A program made the position numbers and the translations under genes. Shown in pieces: positions 57,575 to 64,000 of a DNA stretch of 64,000 nt (the stretch's first letter is position 1; every line of letters begins with the position of its first letter). The stretch covers positions 13,922-77,921 of the forward strand of contig WTHB01000164.1 of assembly GCA_011523305.1 (NCBI GenBank). Direction: 5' to 3'. The DNA comes from Planctomycetaceae bacterium (lineage in GTDB: Bacteria; Planctomycetota; Planctomycetia; Pirellulales; UBA1268). The notes under the pieces were generated by a model, which was not told the DNA's origin, did no database searches, and was given only the letters and a program-made list of their open reading frames with translations.

Positions 57575-57704
57575 CTCGAAAGGACGGGGAGTCCTCTGGC
57601 GTGCAAGCCGCGGAGGAAATGTTGGCAGGCCTGCTTTGGCGAAAAGATCCTGGTTTGGCCGCAAAACTTTTCAGCAGAGCAGCCAGGAAATACCGCACAG
57701 CAAG

Positions 57705-57777
<73 letters not shown>

Positions 57778-57978
57778 CGATCGGGCGTGAGACACGCGGG
57801 AAAACCCGCTGAATTCCGTCCGAAACGTCCCCTATTCGTAGATTCAAACGCCCTGCCTGTCAACGACTAGCCGCAGGAACGCGTGATTGGGGCATTCCTC
57901 CTCCAGCTGCCCGACCGACCGCGACGAGAGCCGCCGCTCGCCCGCCAGGCTGTCGCTCAGGCGGTGACGCTAGCGCAA

Positions 57979-59070
57979 TCAACTGGCCGCCCGCTGCAGC
58001 CGGTCGCGCACGGCAGCCCAGTCAGCATCGTCCGGCACCGGATCGGCGACCAGGCGATCCAGCCCACGCTGGTCGAGGGCATGCAGCGTGGCGTAAAGCC
58101 CCTTGCCGTATGCTGCCGGCGACTCGGGCATTGGTACCACCAGAAGGCCTGCGGAAGCGGCTAGTTCACGAACGGATGCGTTCGCAGGGTGCCGCGCCAG
58201 CCAGCCAACCTGCTGGCCCGCTGCCAGCAGGGCCTTCACCACGGCCGGGGCGTCGCTCGTCACCTCCAGCGGAGTTCGCGGAGCGTAGTGTCGCAGCCGC
58301 TGGCCGGGGCTGCGTGCCACGCTGGCAGTCCCCTGCCCTGCTCCAGCAGATGTTTCCTTTGCTGGTGGCGTTGGGGTGACAACGTCACAGCCAAGTGCCT
58401 CACTGAGTTGGTTGGCCGAGATCGGGCCGGGCCGGAGGATGCGGGGTGGAGTCACCGTGCAGTCGAGGACCGTCGACTCCAGCCCGTGCTCACACGGGCC
58501 AGCATCCAGAATCATGCCGACGCGGTTGCCCAGGCCTTCCAGCACATGCTGCGCCGTGGTCGGTGAGACCGCTTCGGACCGGTTGGCACTGGGGGCAGCC
58601 AATGGACAGTCGGCCACTTCAATCAGCTTTCGGGTCAGCAACAGGCTCGGGCACCGCACTGCCACGGTCGCTCCCCCAGCCGTGACGCTGTCAGGAACGG
58701 CCGCGGTCTTGTTGACCACCAGCGTCAGTGGGCCAGGCCAAAAGGTGGCAGTGGCCCGTTCGGCCGCCTCGGGCCAGTCACTGGCAAATCGCTTCGCCAT
58801 CGCGACGTCAGCCACATGCACGATCAGCGGGTTGGTCGCAGGCCGGCCCTTGGCCCGAAAGATCAAGGCGACGGCATCGGGGTCGAGCGCGTTGGCTGCC
58901 AGTCCGTACACGGTTTCCGTCGGAATGGCCACCAGTTGCCCGCTGGCCAACCGCTCTGCCGCTGCCGCCAGAGCCGCCGCTGTCGCGGCAGGTGGCGGAC
59001 CGGCAGCGTCTGGCCAACTGACTTTGGCCAACACCGGCAAGGGTGGACGATGAACAGGCACGGGCGACAT
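57979..59070 (-). CDS. tsaC: L-threonylcarbamoyladenylate synthase (Sua5/YrdC type, with Sua5 C-terminal domain)
   Basis: YrdC blocks are [30 protein letters not shown] and APSANRS. The start is uncertain: ATG 59070 is chosen, with ATG 59115 and TTG 59133 also in frame. Confidence 0.88.
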   Translation of the reverse strand: MSPVPVHRPPLPVLAKVSWPDAAGPPPAATAAALAAAAERLASGQLVAIPTETVYGLAANALDPDAVALIFRAKGRPATNPLIVHVADVAMAKRFASDWPEAAERATATFWPGPLTLVVNKTAAVPDSVTAGGATVAVRCPSLLLTRKLIEVADCPLAAPSANRSEAVSPTTAQHVLEGLGNRVGMILDAGPCEHGLESTVLDCTVTPPRILRPGPISANQLSEALGCDVVTPTPPAKETSAGAGQGTASVARSPGQRLRHYAPRTPLEVTSDAPAVVKALLAAGQQVGWLARHPANASVRELAASAGLLVVPMPESPAAYGKGLYATLHALDQRGLDRLVADPVPDDADWAAVRDRLQRAAS

Positions 59071-59105
59071 GGCAGGGCCGGTTGCAGGGAGGGGACAATC
59101 GGTCC

Positions 59106-59684
59106 ATGATGGCATCTTCACGAGCCCAGGCAACCGTCCCCCTTTTGGAGTGTTTTCCTGTGAACTCCGCGTCTTCCTCTCCCGCTCCGCGTGTTGGTGT
59201 CGTCATGGGTAGCCAGTCTGACTGGAAGACCCTGGAACGGGCGGCCTTGGTCCTCAGCGAGTTGGGTGTTCCGCATGAATGCGAGATTGTCTCGGCTCAC
59301 CGCACGCCGGGCAAGTTGGCTTCGTATGCGGCAGAAGCGGCTGGTCGCGGGTTACGGGTCATCATCGCCGGTGCTGGCGGGGCAGCCCATCTGCCCGGCA
59401 TGCTGGCGGCACAGACCCATCTGCCCGTGCTCGGCGTTCCGGTTGAGTCAGCCGTGCTCCGAGGGGTCGACTCTCTGCTCTCGATCGTGCAAATGCCTGC
59501 CGGCATTCCGGTGGGAACCCTCGCCATCGGTGGCGCTGGTGCAGCCAATGCCGCTTTGCTGGCGGTGTCAATTCTGGCACTGGACGACGAGAATCTGCGG
59601 CAGCGACTCCTTGATTACCGCACCGCCCAAACGGAACGGGTGCTGGGAGATCAGTTGCCCCCAGTCACGCCGCCCGCAGGCTGA
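59106..59684 (+). CDS. purE: N5-carboxyaminoimidazole ribonucleotide mutase
   Basis: Blocks are [31 protein letters not shown] and VLGVPV. The start is ATG 59106 or the in-frame GTG 59160 (preceded by GGAG), which would give a more typical ~175-aa product. Confidence 0.92.
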   Translation: MMASSRAQATVPLLECFPVNSASSSPAPRVGVVMGSQSDWKTLERAALVLSELGVPHECEIVSAHRTPGKLASYAAEAAGRGLRVIIAGAGGAAHLPGMLAAQTHLPVLGVPVESAVLRGVDSLLSIVQMPAGIPVGTLAIGGAGAANAALLAVSILALDDENLRQRLLDYRTAQTERVLGDQLPPVTPPAG

Positions 59685-59717
59685 GCGGCTGAATTGAAGA
59701 GAGGACGGACCCGTCAG

Positions 59718-60863
59718 ATGAATACCCACGCGACCGCTCCAATTCTTCCCGGTGCCCTCCTCGGTGTTCTCGGTGGTGGCCAACTCGGGGCAATGTTTGC
59801 CACTGCCGCGCGACGCATGGGCTACCGCGTAGCCGTCATCACCGACACGGCAGACTGCCCAGCCGCCCGCCATGCCGATCGGCTGTATGTCGGCAGCTAT
59901 GACGATCTTGCCTTTCTGACGCAGGCGGCTGCCGGGGTGGCGGTCGTCACCTTTGAGTTTGAAAACGTGCCCGCGGCGGCTGGTGAGGCCCTGGCGGCCG
60001 CGGTGCCGGTACGGCCTCATCCCGCTGTTCTCTCCACCACGCAGAATCGCGCCCGTGAAAAGGCCTTTCTGGTCGAGCGAGGCATTCCCTGTGGCCGCCA
60101 TGCCGTCGTTGAGTCGGCTGCTGAACTGAACGCCGCTGTGGCAGAGATCGGCCTGCCCGCGGTGCTGAAGACAGCCGCCTTCGGCTACGACGGCAAGGGC
60201 CAGCGGATCATTCGCGAGCCTGCAGCAGCCGAAGCCGCCTGGGAGAGTCTGAGGGGCGTCACCTGTGTGCTGGAAGAATGGATCGATTTTTCCTGTGAGC
60301 TGTCGGTGGTGGCTGCCCGTGGGCTTGATGGTGCGGTCAATGCCTTTCCGGCGGTTCGCAATGATCATGCCAACCATATTCTCGATGTCAGTTCAGTACC
60401 TGCCGGCCTCCCAGTCGAAGTGCTCGGTGAGGCAGAGCATCTGGCTGCAACCGTGTTGTCGGAACTCGATGTTGTCGGCGTTGCTGGCGTGGAGTTTTTT
60501 TTGACTGCCGACGGCCGGCTGCTTGTCAATGAAATTGCGCCACGAACGCACAACTCTGGGCACCTCACCATCGAAGCTTGTCCAACGAGCCAGTTTGAAC
60601 AGCAGGTGCGAGCCATCTGTGGGTTGCCACTCGGCGCAACGCAGGTGCTTGCCCCAGCGGCGATGGCCAATCTACTGGGAGACCGGTGGGCCAACGGCGA
60701 GCCCGACTGGCCTGCGGCACTGGCCGTGCCCGGCGTTGGCCTGCACCTTTACGGCAAGGCCGAACCTCGGCCCGGACGCAAGATGGGGCACCTTACGGCC
60801 ACTGCCGCCACAGCCGAGCAGGCGATTGCCGCGGTGCGGCAGGCTCGGGATGCCCTCGGTTGA
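59718..60863 (+). CDS. purK: N5-carboxyaminoimidazole ribonucleotide synthase (ATP-grasp)
   Basis: ATG at 59718 (the tracked ORF starts at TTG 59694). Blocks are LGVLGGGQLGAMF, PAVLKTAAFGYDGKGQ, NEIAPRTHNSGH and GRKMGHLT. Confidence 0.92.
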   Translation: MNTHATAPILPGALLGVLGGGQLGAMFATAARRMGYRVAVITDTADCPAARHADRLYVGSYDDLAFLTQAAAGVAVVTFEFENVPAAAGEALAAAVPVRPHPAVLSTTQNRAREKAFLVERGIPCGRHAVVESAAELNAAVAEIGLPAVLKTAAFGYDGKGQRIIREPAAAEAAWESLRGVTCVLEEWIDFSCELSVVAARGLDGAVNAFPAVRNDHANHILDVSSVPAGLPVEVLGEAEHLAATVLSELDVVGVAGVEFFLTADGRLLVNEIAPRTHNSGHLTIEACPTSQFEQQVRAICGLPLGATQVLAPAAMANLLGDRWANGEPDWPAALAVPGVGLHLYGKAEPRPGRKMGHLTATAATAEQAIAAVRQARDALG

Positions 60864-60871
60864 GCCAAACC

Positions 60872-62023
60872 CTATTGCGGGGTGAGTCGACGGCCCTTCC
60901 ATGAGGTTGAAAGCCCGAGCCCGCGGCGGACGAGGGCGTACCACTGGATGCCCAGAAACAGCACAATCGCCAGCGGGTGCAGCAGGCTACTGCCGAGGCT
61001 TTGCCGAAACCGGATCACCCCCAGCAGCCGTGGAAGATAACTGAGGATGCAGGCGAACGCGGCAACAGCCACCGGCCGGTCGGCTGGTATCAGACCAGCC
61101 AGCCAGAGGCCGAGCAGTCCAGCCGGGAGCACCTGCCCCCCAGCCAGCAGCAGCGTGAAGGGAACGATTGTCCGCGGGCTGCCGATGCCTTCGGTGGCAT
61201 TCTTGGCAAGGCCACCAAAGACCTCGCGACTGGTCTCATACATGCGGCAGGTAGCGGTGTCAGTGGCATCAAAGATGTCGGTCTGCAGGCCCGCGCGGCG
61301 GAACGCCCGGGGCAGCATCACGCCGTCATGCAGCGACGCGCGAATGGCTGCGTGGCCTCCGGCCTGTCGGTAGGCCACCTGCGTGGTGATGAAAAACTGG
61401 CCGCAGCCAGCAGCGAGCGCCGGGCTCAGGGATGCCCGGCTGCGGCTCAGGGGCAGAAAGCCGAGCAGAATAAAGTGAATCAGTGGGAGCAGCAGCCAGG
61501 CGAGGAAAGCGGGCGTTTCCTGGAGCGGAAATCCACTGACGAGGCCACTGCCTGACTGCTGCAGGAAGGTGACGCCCCGCGCGATCGCCTCTGGCCTGAC
61601 CCGCACGTCGGCATCGAGAAAGACCAGCGTCGGCTGCTGGGCGGCATCGGCCAACTGCTGGCAGGCATGCTGCTTGCCGCACCAACCGGCCGGAAGCGGC
61701 TGGCCGTGCACCAGCCGCACCCGGGTATCGCGGGCAGCCCAGGCAGCGACCCGCTGGGCGGTGTCGTCGGTGCTTGCATCATCGAGAATCAGGAGCTCAA
61801 GATCACACCCCTGACTGGCCAGCACGCACTCGATCAGGCCGTCGATCACGGCGGCCTCGTTGCGTGCTGGCACCAGCACCGAGACAGCCGGTGCCCCAGG
61901 GGCCGTCGCCGGGCTGCGCTGAAACCGTTTCAGGTTGGCCAGCATCAGCCCGGCAGGCAGTGCCGCCAGGACGACCGCGGCAACCGCACCAACCGCAACC
62001 AGCACCGTTGGGAAGTCACTCAC
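60872..62023 (-). CDS. membrane GT2 glycosyltransferase (carotenoid glycosyltransferase CrtQ-like by context)
   Basis: GTG at 62021-62023 overlaps the upstream stop (GTGA). GT2 blocks are VSVLVPARNEA, LLILDDASTDDT and VFLDADV. The C-terminal half is multi-TM. Confidence 0.8.
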   Translation of the reverse strand: MSDFPTVLVAVGAVAAVVLAALPAGLMLANLKRFQRSPATAPGAPAVSVLVPARNEAAVIDGLIECVLASQGCDLELLILDDASTDDTAQRVAAWAARDTRVRLVHGQPLPAGWCGKQHACQQLADAAQQPTLVFLDADVRVRPEAIARGVTFLQQSGSGLVSGFPLQETPAFLAWLLLPLIHFILLGFLPLSRSRASLSPALAAGCGQFFITTQVAYRQAGGHAAIRASLHDGVMLPRAFRRAGLQTDIFDATDTATCRMYETSREVFGGLAKNATEGIGSPRTIVPFTLLLAGGQVLPAGLLGLWLAGLIPADRPVAVAAFACILSYLPRLLGVIRFRQSLGSSLLHPLAIVLFLGIQWYALVRRGLGLSTSWKGRRLTPQ

Positions 62024-62865
62024 AAGGGTTCCTCACCGTGCGCTGGATTGAACCGGCGGCCTGTCAGCCACGCCCGGACGCGGCGAATGCAATCATAGGC
62101 TGCCCCGACTCCGGTGCGGCCGGTTGCCAGGCGGGTGAATGCCGCCGAATCGCGGCTGACTGCGGCGGCCGCCAGCCGATCTTGCGTCTGTTCCAGCACG
62201 CGGGCGAGGTGCTCGTTCCATTCGTGGGCCGTGCGGTCGGGAAAGGACTCAAGGCGTTGCGGCGGGCCAAAGGCAACGAGAGCCTCGGGCAATCGTTCGT
62301 CCCAGAACGGATATTCAACGGCAAAGGGAATCACCAGCCCCCGGGGAGCAGCGGCGGCAACATGGCCGACGCCCGGGCGAATTGCTACCGGGCGTTGGCG
62401 GGGGTCGGCAAAGGTTCCCTGCGCGGTCACCCAGAACAGAACATCGGTCCGGTTCAGTGCCGCCTTTGCTAGGCGAAGGAAACGGGCGGCCCCCTTCCAT
62501 GAGTTGGGTTCGATACCGAGAAAGCCAATGCGTTCGAGGAACGAGTATTTCCCCAGGGCTGCCGCGTCGATCGGCCCGTAGTTGAGGCGATCTGGATAGA
62601 GCCGCTCGGCAACCGCCAGAAAAATCAGCGGGTCCCACCAGCCGGGGTGATTGGTGTAGAGCAGCACCGGTTCGCCGGCGATCGCCGGGGCTGCGGGCTG
62701 GATGGCATCGGCTGGCGTCAGCAGACGCACGGCATGGAAGTGCCGACGCAGGTAGCGGCGGACGTACCACATGAACCAGCCATGGAGCCGCCGCGCGTAC
62801 GGCGGAAGAGCCTCCCGGTCGCGTGGTGACGGCACCGTCTGGCCGGGGCCCGCCGGCGTCATCAT
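62020..62865 (-). CDS. PlsC-family (lysophospholipid-type) acyltransferase (CrtO-like by context)
   Basis: ATG at 62863-62865 overlaps the upstream stop (ATGA). The H(X)4D acyltransferase motif is in YTNHPGWWDPLIF. Confidence 0.78.
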   Translation of the reverse strand: MMTPAGPGQTVPSPRDREALPPYARRLHGWFMWYVRRYLRRHFHAVRLLTPADAIQPAAPAIAGEPVLLYTNHPGWWDPLIFLAVAERLYPDRLNYGPIDAAALGKYSFLERIGFLGIEPNSWKGAARFLRLAKAALNRTDVLFWVTAQGTFADPRQRPVAIRPGVGHVAAAAPRGLVIPFAVEYPFWDERLPEALVAFGPPQRLESFPDRTAHEWNEHLARVLEQTQDRLAAAAVSRDSAAFTRLATGRTGVGAAYDCIRRVRAWLTGRRFNPAHGEEPL

Positions 62866-64000
62866 GATGCGGCGACGCTGCTGGCGGGGCTGCCGACCGG
62901 CTCCACCAGGCGGTCTTGGTCAACACAGTCACCGGCAATCCAGCCCGACATCATCACCATCGGCATGCCCGGCCCAGGATGGGCCGACCCACCGGCGAGA
63001 TAGAGCCCCTCAATATCAGGCGAGCGGTTGGCGGGCTTGAAGGCGCCAAGGAATTTGCCGTGGCTGGCCAGCCCGTAAATCGCCCCATCGAGCACCTGGT
63101 AGCGATCCTGGATGTCCTGTGGCGTGAGGGCATGTTCGGTCACGATGTGCTGCTCAAGATTTTCCAGACCGGCGGTCTGCTGGAGTTTGTCGATGATCCG
63201 CTTGCGGTAGGCCGGGAGCATCTTTGACCAGTTATGGTGCGGCCGCAGGTACGGCGTGTGCACCAGCACGTAGAGTGCCTCACCGCCTGGCGGGGCCACC
63301 TCGGGCTCTGAAATGGCGGGGGCGCAAACGTAGCAGGTTGGATCCGGAGCCGGCTCGCCATGCCGATAGATCGCCTCAAACTCTTCATGGGGATCTGCCG
63401 AGAAGACGAAGTTGTGATGCAGCAGTTGGTTGTAGCGGCGGTCGAGGCCGAGGTAGAGCACGACACCGGAACAGGCCGGTTCGTAGGTGCGGCGGCCAAG
63501 GAAGCGGCGCTGCGGAGGGCCATCGAGCAGCTCCCGATGGGTGCGGACGCTATCCGAATTACTGACTACGGCACCGCCGCGGATTGTTTCACCGTCGGCT
63601 GTCACCACGCCGGTGGCCTTGCCGTTTTCGACGATGATCCGCCGAATGGCTGTGTTCGTTCGGACTTCAACGCCGAGATCCTGGGCGAGTTTGGCGAGTG
63701 CCTTCGGCACCGCACCGGTACCACCCCGTGGATACCAGACACCGTCCCGAGACTGCATGCTGGCAATGCCGCAGAGCACGGCCGGAGAGGACTCAGGGCA
63801 ACTGCCGACATACTGCGTGTAATGGTCGAGCATTTGGGCGGCCCGGCTGTCGGGCAGGAAGGACCGGATGGTGCCAGCCACGCTATGTCCCGGCCGCATC
63901 CGCATCACCTCTTTGAGGATCGACAGATTGAAACTGCGGCGGGGGTCGAACATGTCTTTGAGACCGCCGACGGAACGCCAGAAGAAAAATTCATCCGAGA
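62862..64000 (-). CDS. phytoene-desaturase-family FAD oxidoreductase (CrtI/CrtN/CrtP-like), 5' end beyond the window
   Basis: The frame stays open from the ATG at 63953 up to nt 64000 (…FFFWRSVGGLKDMFDP…), so the gene very likely starts outside the window. The C-terminal family signature is LYLAGGSAHPGPGMPMVMMSGWIAGDCV. Confidence 0.82.
   Translation of the reverse strand, partial: SDEFFFWRSVGGLKDMFDPRRSFNLSILKEVMRMRPGHSVAGTIRSFLPDSRAAQMLDHYTQYVGSCPESSPAVLCGIASMQSRDGVWYPRGGTGAVPKALAKLAQDLGVEVRTNTAIRRIIVENGKATGVVTADGETIRGGAVVSNSDSVRTHRELLDGPPQRRFLGRRTYEPACSGVVLYLGLDRRYNQLLHHNFVFSADPHEEFEAIYRHGEPAPDPTCYVCAPAISEPEVAPPGGEALYVLVHTPYLRPHHNWSKMLPAYRKRIIDKLQQTAGLENLEQHIVTEHALTPQDIQDRYQVLDGAIYGLASHGKFLGAFKPANRSPDIEGLYLAGGSAHPGPGMPMVMMSGWIAGDCVDQDRLVEPVGSPASSVAAS

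Noticed and set aside
59070-59160. Very short (35 nt) or overlapping divergent spacing between tsaC and purE considered as an unusual shared promoter
   Set aside because: Both start codons are ambiguous (tsaC: 59070, 59115 or 59133; purE: 59106 or 59160). The apparent crowding may simply reflect wrong start choices.

Overview
High-GC bacterial chromosomal fragment. The gene content points to Planctomycetota: a TIGR03000-type domain protein, several formylglycine-type sulfatases, DUF1080, Tat-signal Gfo/Idh/MocA and xylose-isomerase-fold proteins, a secreted prenyltransferase/squalene-oxidase-repeat protein, and BatA_N double-TM proteins. I support 45 protein-coding genes, one tRNA-Phe(GAA), a few hairpin terminators and one in-frame low-complexity repeat. 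I saw no rRNA, CRISPR array, transposase or integrase. Layout: (i) 1-3.9 kb holds a partial glycosyltransferase and a coupled rimK / retropepsin-like / AstE-AspA-family triad. (ii) 4-19.4 kb is a visibly lower-GC island of three sulfatases, a GH95 fucosidase, esterases and exported accessory enzymes, which looks like a sulfated-glycan degradation locus. (iii) 19.5-29.8 kb holds a TIGR03000 protein, a MazG / membrane protein / orphan ABC ATPase / membrane-anchored Pcm-fusion operon, leuA, an orphan P-II gene and a photolyase homologue with apparently swapped domain order. (iv) 29.8-54.1 kb is one 24.3-kb, 13-gene minus-strand array. It is built around a MoxR-DUF58-VWA (Bat-like) core. Upstream of the core sit a 1582-aa propeller protein and an alpha/alpha-toroid protein. 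Downstream sit one intact and two catalytically eroded HtrA-like PDZ proteins. This array is my main candidate for an uncharacterised system. (v) 54.5-64 kb holds an HU-like protein, a REC-GGDEF regulator, a Tat oxidoreductase, tRNA-Phe, tsaC/sua5, purEK and a carotenoid glycosyl-ester tail cluster that runs off the window. All family calls come from reading motifs by eye, with no searches run. Many start codons are ambiguous because GTG/TTG starts are common and Shine-Dalgarno signals are weak.
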